Part shown: in pieces, positions 7,388 through 16,758 of the stretch
How the letters are laid out: every line of letters begins with the position of its first letter
Position numbering within the stretch: the stretch's first letter is position 1
Source of the DNA: Bacteroidota bacterium
Lineage (GTDB): Bacteria > Bacteroidota > Bacteroidia > Chitinophagales > Chitinophagaceae
DNA length: 64,000 nucleotides
Assembly: GCA_040387955.1 (NCBI GenBank)
Contig: JAZKCS010000002.1
Span: 506,582 to 570,581 of the forward strand
Direction of reading: 5' to 3'
Translations under genes and position numbers: made by a program
The notes under the pieces: model-generated
The model's input: only the letters and a program-made list of their open reading frames with translations
What the model was told of the DNA's origin: nothing
Database searches by the model: none

Positions 7388-9499
7388 ATGCGAAGGATAT
7401 TTTTTTCCTTAACTCTTTTGCTTTCATCGTTTTCAGTAATCGCTCAAACAGATACTGTTCCTGGCGTTAATAATCTTTTACAATTGTCTCTGGAGGAATT
7501 GATGAATATACAAGTAGTAACAGCCTCAGGATATTTACAAACAACTGCAGAAGCCCCATCTACCATTACTCTTATTACTGAACAAAAAATTGCAGAACGA
7601 GGCTATGAACAATTAGAAGATGCCTTAAGAGATGTGCCGGGTATTGACATGATACATATTAACGGTTATGCTCCTACATTGGTTTATTTCAGAGGGATGT
7701 ATGGTGCTGAAAATCAACGGGCATTATTAATGATCGATGGAATTGGCGAAAACAATATCATTGGAAGTAATGATATGGCTGGTCCTGCATATAGCTTGCA
7801 TAATGTTGAGCGTATTGAAATTATTTGGGGCCCGGCATCTGCTTTATATGGCGCTAATGCTTTTGGTGGCGTGATCAATATCATTACCAAAAAAGGTGCA
7901 GATATTAATGGAGTACAGGTTAAACGAGGATTTGGGAGCTTCAATACTTCCTTCGGTAATTTATTACTTGGAGTAAAAAAATCAAACTTCGAGTTTACTG
8001 CAGGAGCTTCTTTATATAGTACTGATGGTCCAAAATTCACTAATAGAGACCCGCAATATTCGGCATCTTATTTTGATAAAGCATATTCTTTGAATACTTC
8101 ATTGAGTTATTATGGAAAGAGAGCAAAAACAACATTAGGTTTCCGTACATACAAAACCCCTTCTGGTTGGGGAACTTATGCAAATAGCCCCACAGCTTAT
8201 CTAGGCCTTCCTCCACAGGGCAATGGCAATGTAGGTCTTGTTGGTGTTTTACAAAGAGATATTCGTGGGGAAAGGTCGGGGTTGATAGATTCTTATTTAC
8301 GCACAGTATTTCTTCAAAATGAATTTGCGGTAAATAAAAAATTGAACATCTTCAGCCGCATTGTTTATCGTCAAACTGGTACAGGAGATGATTCTTACGT
8401 ATATATTACGCTTGATTCAACAAAATTATACAGGGCTATCGTAGCTTCTTTTTCAAATCGTATATCAGGAGAAGTTTCTGCAAACTATACAATAAACGAA
8501 GATCAACGATTGACCGCAGGAATGCAGTTCTATCAAGATAATGTAGAACAAGGATCTCGTATGGCTACTTTTGATCCTACAGTTCATCTGCTCGATGGCA
8601 AAGATACATTGCTTAATTTGGGTGCAACTTTTCTAACAAGAAAATATGATATCAGAAATAATTTTGGCAGCTATTTACAATATATCTTAAATACAAAATT
8701 GTTGACGAAAACAAGTTTTACTGCAGGTATCCGCTATGATTACAACAGTTATTTTAAAAGTGCGGTTAGTCCAAGAATAGTAATTGTAAACAATCCAAAT
8801 GATAAACTAACATTAAAGCTGCAATTTGGTATGGCGTTCAGAGCCCCTACTAACCTCGAGATACATCAAACAGGATTAAATTTTAAGCTTACTACGGAAA
8901 AAATAAAGACATATGAGGTGAATGCCATCTATGCTTTTTCAAAAGCTGTTCGCCTTCAGCTAAATGGTTTTAGAAATATATTGACAGATGTTATCATTCT
9001 TGGTAATCTTTCAGGATTTAATCCCGATAAAAACCCGGGCATCTTTAAAATTACTGGAGTGGAGACTAATTTGGACATGGAAATTAAGAAAAACCTGACC
9101 GGCTTTTTTAATTTTACTTATCAGTATCCATGGGGAAAAAATCTTGTTAGCGGAAATAGTGGCCAACTACCCGGTGTTGCAAGAATAAAAGCAAATGCAG
9201 GTATTTCTGTTCAAGTTGCTGATCTGTTTACGTTCAGCATCTTAGAAAATCATATTGGGAAAAGAGGATCTCCAAGAACAAACCCTTACGGACCAGTGAA
9301 AGGATATTATCTTACGAACTGTACATTGAGCACAGCTGAATTATTTAACAAAGGAGTTACAGTAAGTTTAAGCGTACGTAATTTGTTTGATACAAAATGG
9401 CTTGACCCTGGCTTCAGAACAGCAGATGGGCTTTTATATTCAACCGTATTAGAACAACCAGGTATAAATGGATTATTTAAAATAGGCATTAAGCTTTAG
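7388..9499 (+). CDS. TonB-dependent receptor (plug plus beta-barrel)
   Basis: It has a signal peptide, plug-domain motifs (IERIEIIWGPASALYGANAFGGVINIITKK), and a long beta-barrel ending in an aromatic-rich strand. Confidence 0.9.
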   Translation: MRRIFFSLTLLLSSFSVIAQTDTVPGVNNLLQLSLEELMNIQVVTASGYLQTTAEAPSTITLITEQKIAERGYEQLEDALRDVPGIDMIHINGYAPTLVYFRGMYGAENQRALLMIDGIGENNIIGSNDMAGPAYSLHNVERIEIIWGPASALYGANAFGGVINIITKKGADINGVQVKRGFGSFNTSFGNLLLGVKKSNFEFTAGASLYSTDGPKFTNRDPQYSASYFDKAYSLNTSLSYYGKRAKTTLGFRTYKTPSGWGTYANSPTAYLGLPPQGNGNVGLVGVLQRDIRGERSGLIDSYLRTVFLQNEFAVNKKLNIFSRIVYRQTGTGDDSYVYITLDSTKLYRAIVASFSNRISGEVSANYTINEDQRLTAGMQFYQDNVEQGSRMATFDPTVHLLDGKDTLLNLGATFLTRKYDIRNNFGSYLQYILNTKLLTKTSFTAGIRYDYNSYFKSAVSPRIVIVNNPNDKLTLKLQFGMAFRAPTNLEIHQTGLNFKLTTEKIKTYEVNAIYAFSKAVRLQLNGFRNILTDVIILGNLSGFNPDKNPGIFKITGVETNLDMEIKKNLTGFFNFTYQYPWGKNLVSGNSGQLPGVARIKANAGISVQVADLFTFSILENHIGKRGSPRTNPYGPVKGYYLTNCTLSTAELFNKGVTVSLSVRNLFDTKWLDPGFRTADGLLYSTVLEQPGINGLFKIGIKL

Positions 9500-9531
9500 T
9501 CTTACCCTTGGCCAATGCTAAACCTTATAAT

Positions 9532-10041
9532 ATGTTGTTAAAAAGATTTTTATTTTTTGTAATGATAGCGTTTCTTAGCGGAACCGCATCGGCACAAAAT
9601 ATTGAGGCAGAGGCCAATCTTAAAGCAGTGTTCATTTACAATTTTACCAAATACGTAGAATGGGATACAAACAATGGCGATTTCGTTATTGGAGTTATTG
9701 GCCAGTCTTCTGTTACTTCCGCACTAAATATAATTGCAAGAAACAATACTGTTAAAAATAAAAAAATTGTCATAAAGGTCTTTAACAAACCTGAGGATAT
9801 TGAGTATTGCAATATTCTTTTTATTCCAAAGAACAGTTTCTCTTTATCATCAATTTTAGAAAAAACAGGCAAGGGTACCCTTACAGTAAGTGAAGAAAAC
9901 GGGTATGCAAAAAAAGGAACCGCATTCAATTTTGTAATTGTAAATAACAAATTAAAATTTGAAGCAAACTTAAAAGCTTTATATCTGGCAGACCTGAAAG
10001 CGGGCTCACAATTACTTAAACTCGGAATCATTGTTGATTAA
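9532..10041 (+). CDS. YfiR-family (DUF4154) periplasmic protein
   Basis: It has a signal peptide and then LKAVFIYNFTKYVEWD, the hallmark of DUF4154/YfiR. I take the ATG at 9532. Confidence 0.8.
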   Translation: MLLKRFLFFVMIAFLSGTASAQNIEAEANLKAVFIYNFTKYVEWDTNNGDFVIGVIGQSSVTSALNIIARNNTVKNKKIVIKVFNKPEDIEYCNILFIPKNSFSLSSILEKTGKGTLTVSEENGYAKKGTAFNFVIVNNKLKFEANLKALYLADLKAGSQLLKLGIIVD

Positions 10042-10056
10042 CAGCGCTAAATTAAT

Positions 10057-11457
10057 ATGTTGGTTAAATTAAGTGACATATCGATAAGGAATAAACTTGT
10101 GCTAATGCAAATGTTTACCAGCGTTTTGGTATTAAGCATTGTGTTTGCGGTTTTTGTTATTACGGATATCAACTCTTATAAAGAACGTAAAGTAAAAAGC
10201 GTTAAAAGTATTGCACAGGTTGTGGGTACTAATAGCATCTCTACTTTACAATTTCAGGATGAAGATGCAGCAAAAGAAATCTTATCTGAGCTTCATAATG
10301 TTGCTCCTGAAATTATTAATGCTGCAATATTAGATAAAAATGGAAATTTATTTGCAAGCTATAACAGGCCGGGGTCAGACACTTTTATAATCCCTTCAAA
10401 TAAAAATGTAGGAAGTTCCACATTCCATGATCATAGTTTATTAGTAAATAATCCCATTGTAAATGAGAATGAAATCATTGGAAATGTATTTTTAAATGTA
10501 GAGTTAAATGAATTACAGCAGATAAAAAAATCGAAGTATGAAATTACTGCTGTCTTATTGATAGTGGCGCTGGGTTTTTCATTTTTAATAGGAGCAGCTG
10601 TTCAACCTTATATTTCAAAACGTTTATTACGACTTTTGAAAACAATGAATGAAGTAACGGAAAGTGGCGACTATAGTAAAAAAATTTCCGATGATGGTAA
10701 GGATGAGATAAGCGTTCTAATAAAAGTATATAATAACCTGATGTTACAGGTAAGGAAAAATCAACAGAAAAAAGACGAATTCATTGGTATTGCAAGCCAT
10801 GAATTTAAGACGCCATTAACAAGTATTAAAGGATATTTGGATCTGCTTGACCTGATGGAAAATGATGAGGGAAAAAAACAATTAGTAGGCAAGGCGCAAC
10901 GGAATGTGAACAAACTGGAAGTATTGATAAAAGATCTGCTAGATGTTTCAAAAATTCAGAGTGGACAACTGGAGTTGAACATGCAAAGGTTTAATATTGA
11001 TGAATTGATCAAAGAGACTATTGCAGCATTTCAAATGTTATCACCAACCCATCATCTTATTTTAAAAAATACAAGCGGAGAAGCATTTGTATACGCTGAT
11101 AAACAAAGGATTGAACAGGTGTTGATCAATCTATTATCAAATGCTATAAAATATTCTCCGGGAGAAAAAGAGGTGATCATCAGCTACGAAAAAAATGATA
11201 CGGACATGATCATTAAAATAACAGATTTTGGCATAGGAATAGCGGAAGAAGAGCGATTGAATATTTTTGAAAGATTTTATCGTACAAAAGATATATCTGT
11301 TCACATTTCAGGATTTGGGTTGGGGTTATATATTTGCAGAGATATAATTAAAAGGCATAATGGGAAAATATGGGTTGAAACACAAGGAAAAGGGTCTTCT
11401 TTTTATTTTACTTTACCTCTAAAAACAAAGGAGCCTGTGTTACAACAAAAAGTATAA
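10057..11457 (+). CDS. sensor histidine kinase with CHASE8-like periplasmic domain, HAMP, HisKA and HATPase_c
   Basis: Two TM segments flank a roughly 130-aa sensor (IAQVVGTNSISTLQFQDEDAAKEILSEL..). It has the H-box ASHEFKTPLTSI, N-box LLSNAIKYS, G1 DFGIGI and G2 GFGLGL. Confidence 0.9.
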   Translation: MLVKLSDISIRNKLVLMQMFTSVLVLSIVFAVFVITDINSYKERKVKSVKSIAQVVGTNSISTLQFQDEDAAKEILSELHNVAPEIINAAILDKNGNLFASYNRPGSDTFIIPSNKNVGSSTFHDHSLLVNNPIVNENEIIGNVFLNVELNELQQIKKSKYEITAVLLIVALGFSFLIGAAVQPYISKRLLRLLKTMNEVTESGDYSKKISDDGKDEISVLIKVYNNLMLQVRKNQQKKDEFIGIASHEFKTPLTSIKGYLDLLDLMENDEGKKQLVGKAQRNVNKLEVLIKDLLDVSKIQSGQLELNMQRFNIDELIKETIAAFQMLSPTHHLILKNTSGEAFVYADKQRIEQVLINLLSNAIKYSPGEKEVIISYEKNDTDMIIKITDFGIGIAEEERLNIFERFYRTKDISVHISGFGLGLYICRDIIKRHNGKIWVETQGKGSSFYFTLPLKTKEPVLQQKV

Positions 11458-11489
11458 AAAAACGTTTAAAATTTATATTCTAAGAATTA

Positions 11490-11855
11490 ATGAAAAAGAT
11501 TTTAGTTGTTGATGATGACCTGGATATTTTAACGCTTGTAAAATTGGCGCTTACAATGAATGGGTTTACTGTGGAAGCGATCTCAAGATGGGAAGAGGTA
11601 AATAATAGTTTGATCAACTTTGGGCCTGATCTTGTTTTACTGGATGTTTCCCTTAATGGAGCCGATGGTCGTGATATTTGCAGAAAAATAAAAGAGACTG
11701 ACAATACAAAACATATACCGGTGATCCTTTTTTCTGCTAACGCCAATATGAGTTCGTTTGTTCATGATTGTCATGCAGAAAGCTTTATTGCTAAGCCTTT
11801 CGAATTATCTCATTTACTGGGCACTATAAATACTTATACCTATAAGCAGAATTGA
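11490..11855 (+). CDS. single-domain response regulator (receiver only), paralog of 3061-3432
   Basis: Receiver motifs are VVDDD, LLDVSL..GADG, HIPVILFSA and AKPF. It has no output domain. Confidence 0.9.
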   Translation: MKKILVVDDDLDILTLVKLALTMNGFTVEAISRWEEVNNSLINFGPDLVLLDVSLNGADGRDICRKIKETDNTKHIPVILFSANANMSSFVHDCHAESFIAKPFELSHLLGTINTYTYKQN

Positions 11856-11909
11856 TCAAAATTCTACTCCTCCAAATATTTTCAACGTTAAGCATCAAAT
11901 TTTATACAA

Positions 11910-12095
11910 ATGGAACAAGCCTATATAATTCAAAGATTAAAGGAGATAACGATGCCCGAGTTTTTGGATGCAATAGCAGAAGCGCATGCTGGAAAATCCA
12001 TTGATATTTATGAAGCACTTTCCCCTGAGTTAATTGATAAGACAACAGACACTTTGTATGAATTTATAGATGCAGTTAAACTTGCAGTTAAATAA
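11910..12095 (+). CDS. hypothetical small acidic protein
   Basis: This is a 61-aa ORF only. I recognise no domain. Confidence 0.35.
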   Translation: MEQAYIIQRLKEITMPEFLDAIAEAHAGKSIDIYEALSPELIDKTTDTLYEFIDAVKLAVK

Positions 12096-12097
12096 TT

Positions 12098-12571
12098 TTA
12101 CTCCAGAATTTCAAATTCTTTCAACATATCATATTGCAGATCTTCATGTAAGGATGAAATAGCAGCTTTGATCTTTTTTAATTGTTGTGCATACAAATTT
12201 TGTAAAGCAGTGCTTTTTTTCAATTGAATGCCCGATGCTTTTACCAACTTACAAAAATGAATAAGTAGCGAGGCTTCAAATTGTTTATCAGCAACGTACT
12301 TTATATGCTTATTTAAATACCTTAATATTCTCCTCAGATTTTTTTTAGCAAAATAGAGATTGGTTTTATTCACTTCTTTAAACTCTTCTTCTACAACATT
12401 TTTAATATTTTCGGTATAACTCTGCAGATCGTGTGACTTAAATAATAAATAGTTCAATAATTCTTTGTTCTCTTTTTTAAATTTCGCAAGGCGTAAGCAT
12501 AAGACTGCTATTTCCTTAGCGGATAAATGTTGCATCTCCTGTTTGATCTCACTGATTCCTGCTGTTTTCAT
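12098..12571 (-). CDS. hypothetical helical protein
   Basis: This is a 157-aa ORF with coding-like composition. I cannot name a family with confidence. Confidence 0.55.
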   Translation of the reverse strand: MKTAGISEIKQEMQHLSAKEIAVLCLRLAKFKKENKELLNYLLFKSHDLQSYTENIKNVVEEEFKEVNKTNLYFAKKNLRRILRYLNKHIKYVADKQFEASLLIHFCKLVKASGIQLKKSTALQNLYAQQLKKIKAAISSLHEDLQYDMLKEFEILE

Positions 12572-12709
12572 GCATCAATAATATTTAAAGATTTTTATTT
12601 AGCATAATTCTCTACGTCTTATTCCTTAATTATTAAATAGTTGTGGAATTTTTTTCACTTTTTCTACACAAAAATAGCCTTATAATACAATTTTCAGGCT
12701 TATTACAGA

Positions 12710-12724
12710 TGGTACTGTTTTTGA
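12710..12724 (+). promoter_or_regulatory. sigma54-like element, variant TGGTACtgtttTTGA
   Basis: The GG lies 56 nt upstream of ATG 12767. The -24 half deviates from the other copies (T for C). Confidence 0.35.
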
Positions 12725-12766
12725 AAATTATATAATAGAGAGTGATTTATACTAAAACGTAAGACT

Positions 12767-13339
12767 ATGAAATTGTATATTAAGAATATGGGTTGCGAAT
12801 GTTGCACTGTATTGGTAAAAGAAGAAATAGAAAAATTAGGATTAAAGGCCGGTAAGATAGGTTTTGGAGAAGCAGAGATCAAAGGCGAAGTATCAGAAGG
12901 GCAACATGAAAAATTGAAAAGGGCTATTCAAAAGGCTGGCCTTGAAATTATAGAAAGTAAGAGAGCAATACTATTAGAAAAAATAAAAGTGATAATCTCA
13001 CAATATGTAAATGATTTTAAAGAAAAGCCTCAAATAAATTTTTCTGATTACCTGGTAAAAGAACTCCCTTATGATTACGCATATTTAACAAGTTTCTTTT
13101 CTGAATTCCAGGCTACAACTATTGAGCAATACCTGATAAAACTAAAAATAGAAAAAGTAAAAGATTATATATTACAAGGAGATCTCACGCTTACAGAAAT
13201 TGCCGATAAGTTGCATTATAGTAGTGTTGCACATTTATCTGCTCAATTTAAAAAAGTAACAGGCATAACTCCTACCCATTTCAAAAAACTGAGGGATGAA
13301 GACGAAGAAGATACTGAAGAAAAAAAAATTAGGGTATAA
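12767..13339 (+). CDS. AraC-family transcriptional regulator with N-terminal HMA-like (metal-binding-fold) domain
   Basis: The N-terminus reads KNMGCECCTVLVKEEIEKLGL (compare the HMA motif GMxCxxC). The C-terminus has an AraC HTH (LTLTEIADKLHYSSVAHLSAQFKKVTGITPTHF). Confidence 0.8.
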   Translation: MKLYIKNMGCECCTVLVKEEIEKLGLKAGKIGFGEAEIKGEVSEGQHEKLKRAIQKAGLEIIESKRAILLEKIKVIISQYVNDFKEKPQINFSDYLVKELPYDYAYLTSFFSEFQATTIEQYLIKLKIEKVKDYILQGDLTLTEIADKLHYSSVAHLSAQFKKVTGITPTHFKKLRDEDEEDTEEKKIRV

Positions 13340-13660
13340 TTAAGATCGTAAAGTAGGGAAAACGGAAATTATTAGCTCATTAGAATTGGATTGTATTTTT
13401 AGATACTGCTTTTGAATATAAGCAAAGTTTGAACTTTTTAAACTGAACGTGTCCGGAAGTTTTTCAGAGGCTATTGATGTATTCATAAAATATACAGTTG
13501 CTGCATTCTCTTCTCTTATTATTTCAACATCACTGGTTTGTGAATTAGTTTTACTTCCTTCCTTGAAGTACACTTTTGCATTAAATAAAACGGAACCGTT
13601 AGGTAATTTTAAATTAAAGTCTTTAATAAATTGATTTAAATGGAGTAGAGATTCATTCAT
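13340..13660 (-). CDS. hypothetical protein
   Basis: This is a 106-aa ORF. I recognise no domain. Confidence 0.45.
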   Translation of the reverse strand: MNESLLHLNQFIKDFNLKLPNGSVLFNAKVYFKEGSKTNSQTSDVEIIREENAATVYFMNTSIASEKLPDTFSLKSSNFAYIQKQYLKIQSNSNELIISVFPTLRS

Positions 13661-13690
13661 AATATTTGCAAGACCAGAGATTAATTAAAT

Positions 13691-13724
13691 ACAAAAGGGG
13701 CTGAACTTTTACAAATCAGCCCCC
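13691..13724 (-). terminator. intrinsic terminator of the SET-domain gene
   Basis: The stem is GGGGCTGA / TCAGCCCC, with a TTTTGT run on the minus strand. Confidence 0.6.
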
Positions 13725-13821
13725 TTCGCCTATCCCAAAAACCATTACAAATTTGATATAAATTAAACAGTTAATTGTTACACGATTTTGATTAAAAATT
13801 ATATAATTATTATCCAAAAGC

Positions 13822-14232
13822 TTATAATTCTCCGTTTTGTTTAATGGTCTTCCAGTACTCTTTTCCATAGCTAACAAATATTTCCTGTCCCGGTAATATA
13901 TCTTTTGTTGCTTCAATGTAGATCCTTCCATTATCATCAATAAAATCAGCATTATTGGTAATCCCCTTAATTTTTTTTAATCCTTCAGCATCGTTCGTAT
14001 ATCTGGCAAAGCTTTTTTTATAACCCAATGCATCAATCACTTTATTTCGGTTTACATAAAAAATGTAGCGATTGTCACAATGCAAAAAATTGACCTCTTT
14101 CCAGGTTCTTATCTTTCCTTTATATTCTGCTATGAATGCTCCTTTGGGAATAAATTTCTTAGTATATAAACCGAGACCAGCCTTTGGCAAAGAAGATCTT
14201 TTTATAAATAACCATTTTTCGAGTAAAGCCAT
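13822..14232 (-). CDS. SET domain-containing protein (putative protein-lysine methyltransferase)
   Basis: SET signatures are present: GLGLYTKKFIPKGAFIAEYKG, ARYTNDA (NH-like motif), and EIFVSYGKEYW. Confidence 0.85.
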   Translation of the reverse strand: MALLEKWLFIKRSSLPKAGLGLYTKKFIPKGAFIAEYKGKIRTWKEVNFLHCDNRYIFYVNRNKVIDALGYKKSFARYTNDAEGLKKIKGITNNADFIDDNGRIYIEATKDILPGQEIFVSYGKEYWKTIKQNGEL

Positions 14233-14443
14233 GTAGATTATTTTAGGGGTGCTATATAAAGTTGGTTTAAACAGAAATACTTAAATGTCAAATTCTTATG
14301 AAGATCGTTCTTACAAAATTATTGGGTAATTGCTTACACAGTGTGGGGTGATTGTAAACCAAATCTTTAAAAAATAAGGATTTTAAAAAGCTATATAACT
14401 ATCTAAATATTAATAAATAAGCCTTATCAGCTATAAGAATTAT

Positions 14444-14458
14444 TGGCATAATATTTTT
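14444..14458 (+). promoter_or_regulatory. sigma54-like element TGGCATaatatTTTT
   Basis: The GG lies 39 nt upstream of ATG 14484. It overlaps the ORF-track TTG start at 14460, which argues for the shorter CDS. Confidence 0.45.
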
Positions 14459-14483
14459 ATTGATTATTAATAAAACAAATTTT

Positions 14484-15029
14484 ATGCGAAATCCTATCTA
14501 CAACAAAAAACATGTAACTGAATATATCATATATGGACTATTAAGTTCATTCGCATATATAATAGTGGTTGATTATTTTTTATACAATAACAAGTATGAA
14601 AATTTTTATTACGTATATCTTGGTAACCTCCTATTTATGTTCGGTATTCTTCTTTATGTGGTGCGTTTATTAAATCGTCCATATGATGGCAAAAGTGCTG
14701 GTACAATGATGATAGCGGGAATTATGGCCACATTAACAGGTATTGTATTATCCTGTATACTTATCCTTATAAGTATGTTGTTTTTCTTTCCAGATCTATT
14801 TAGTGCAGTTGCTCAAAATAAAGTAATTGAAAATGCTCCGGAAACAATTCAGGCAAAAAGACCTGGTGAACTCTTACTGATGCTGTTATTAAATGCTATT
14901 ATTGCCAACTTTGGTGTAGGAGCATTTATTTCTGTAGTTGTTGCATATGCCGGTAAAAAAGATCAACGAAAAGATAGAACAGAAAGCCTTGACCTGAATG
15001 TTCCAAACAGAAAAGTAAAAGCTCAATAA
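14484..15029 (+). CDS. hypothetical integral membrane protein (about 4 TM segments)
   Basis: It contains several long hydrophobic stretches. I choose the start at MRNPIYNKK. Confidence 0.6.
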   Translation: MRNPIYNKKHVTEYIIYGLLSSFAYIIVVDYFLYNNKYENFYYVYLGNLLFMFGILLYVVRLLNRPYDGKSAGTMMIAGIMATLTGIVLSCILILISMLFFFPDLFSAVAQNKVIENAPETIQAKRPGELLLMLLLNAIIANFGVGAFISVVVAYAGKKDQRKDRTESLDLNVPNRKVKAQ

Positions 15030-15602
15030 TTATCTTTTAACATTCAATTTACCCATAATACTTTTTACACTCGCCTGTATTTCACCTTCCGTCAGGCGTG
15101 TGTAATTCAATTCATTGGTTGTCCATCCCTGCCACACATTTTTGTCAGTGGACGCATCGATCATTGTAATGGTTATTGTTCCTTCTTTGATGGCTACATC
15201 ATAATTATCATAGCCTAAAAATTGTGAAGGATAATAAATTGTATTCCATGAACCTGTACGCCTACTGTAATACATTCTTGTAAAAGGTTGAGAATAAACA
15301 GGATCAGAACGTTGGATCCTTTGGCGTTCTACAAGTACATCATAACTTATCAGCAGATCAGGATTGTCCTTAACTTCTCTAAACCCAGCTTTCGACAATT
15401 CTTCATTCGCTGCATTTCTTACCGGAATATCTGCATACATGGCAGGCCGTTGAAGACTGTCATTTTCACTTGACTTTGTATCTATCCACATATAAGTATG
15501 GTAATTAGAAAGATTTACAGAATTGTCTTTTTGTACATGTACTGAACTGGCGCAGGCTGTTAAAAGCAAAGCTACAATTACACTATAGATTATATTTTTC
15601 AT
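15030..15602 (-). CDS. DUF4136-like lipoprotein
   Basis: The lipobox LLTACASS and overall pattern are typical of DUF4136. Confidence 0.65.
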   Translation of the reverse strand: MKNIIYSVIVALLLTACASSVHVQKDNSVNLSNYHTYMWIDTKSSENDSLQRPAMYADIPVRNAANEELSKAGFREVKDNPDLLISYDVLVERQRIQRSDPVYSQPFTRMYYSRRTGSWNTIYYPSQFLGYDNYDVAIKEGTITITMIDASTDKNVWQGWTTNELNYTRLTEGEIQASVKSIMGKLNVKR

Positions 15603-15622
15603 TATTTCGTTTTTTTAAATAA

Positions 15623-15638
15623 TGCAAATAATATTCCA
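15623..15638 (-). promoter_or_regulatory. weak sigma54-like candidate TGGAATattatTTGCA
   Basis: It has canonical GG-N10-GC spacing and a TTGCA -12 half. The -24 half is degenerate. The GG lies 35 nt from ATG 15602. Confidence 0.25.
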
Positions 15639-15663
15639 TCAATGACTAATGAAGTTCTAATTT

Positions 15664-15873
15664 TTATGATGCTTTCCCTTCATTATAAGCTACACTTTCT
15701 ACCCAACCCCTTATATGTTCTACATCACGGTTCATTTTTTTAGCCAATCTCTCCAGTAATTCATCTTCTTGGCCGGGAATGTATTGAAGGTCTTCGTCAG
15801 AAAGATCAGGATTAGCTTCTTTAAGCTTTTCTTTTACTTCTTCCCAAGGAGCATCAAATTTTAATGTTGTCAT
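15664..15873 (-). CDS. CsbD-like general stress protein
   Basis: The pattern W.EVKEKLKE....LSDEDL.....EDELLERL resembles the CsbD family. It is the last gene of the ku operon. Confidence 0.6.
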   Translation of the reverse strand: MTTLKFDAPWEEVKEKLKEANPDLSDEDLQYIPGQEDELLERLAKKMNRDVEHIRGWVESVAYNEGKAS

Positions 15874-15890
15874 AATAATTGGTTTAAGAT

Positions 15891-16757
15891 TTATCCATTT
15901 ACAATTTCTCCTCCGTTTGGATGCAATACTTGCCCCGTCATGTAAGAAGAATCATCAGACGCTAAAAACAAATAAGATGGGGCAACTTCTGCTGGTTCTC
16001 CTGCTCTTTTCATAGGTGAATCACTTCCGTGTTGTGCAACTTTTGAAGCTTTAAAACTGGATGCTATCAACGGTGTCCAGATAGGTCCCGGAGCTACTGC
16101 ATTTACCCTTATCCCCTTATCAATTAAATTAGATGAAAGGCTTCTTGTAAAAGAAATGATGGCTCCTTTTGTTGATGCATAATCTATGAGCCCTGCGCTA
16201 CCACGATATGCGGTAACCGAACTGGTATTAATAATACATGATCCTTTTTCCATATAAACCAATGCTGCTTTTGTTAACCAGAACATTGAAAAAATATTGA
16301 CAGCAAAAGTTGTCGTTAATTGTTTTGTATCTATTGATTGGAGTCCGTCACTTTGATAATGCACTGCAGCATTATTAATCAAAATATCAATTCGTTTAAA
16401 TTTATTAATTGTTTTTGCAACAGCTTTTTTGCAAAATGATTCTTTTGATAGATCACCTGGTATGATAATACATTGTCTTTTATAAGTATCCTCAATTATT
16501 TGCTGTGTCGCCTTGGCATCTGAATGTTCATTTAAATAAACAATTACTATATCTGCACCTTCTTTTGCAAATAATATAGCAACGGCTTTGCCGATACCAC
16601 TGTCTCCTCCCGTGATCATTGCAATTTTTCCTGTGAGTTTTCCCGCTGTTGCTTGCTGCACCTCAGTTACAGGTACGGGAGACATTTTATACTCCAGCCC
16701 CGGTCTTGATTGATGCTGTGGCTTGCGTATAATTTTTTTAGGATTTGCTTTTTGCAT
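15891..16757 (-). CDS. SDR-family oxidoreductase, YdaD/YhxC-type (general stress protein 39-like)
   Basis: It has the N-terminal QSRPGLEYKMSPVP extension, TGGDSGIG, NNAA, and a YxxxK region. Confidence 0.9.
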   Translation of the reverse strand: MQKANPKKIIRKPQHQSRPGLEYKMSPVPVTEVQQATAGKLTGKIAMITGGDSGIGKAVAILFAKEGADIVIVYLNEHSDAKATQQIIEDTYKRQCIIIPGDLSKESFCKKAVAKTINKFKRIDILINNAAVHYQSDGLQSIDTKQLTTTFAVNIFSMFWLTKAALVYMEKGSCIINTSSVTAYRGSAGLIDYASTKGAIISFTRSLSSNLIDKGIRVNAVAPGPIWTPLIASSFKASKVAQHGSDSPMKRAGEPAEVAPSYLFLASDDSSYMTGQVLHPNGGEIVNG

Positions 16758-16758
16758 A

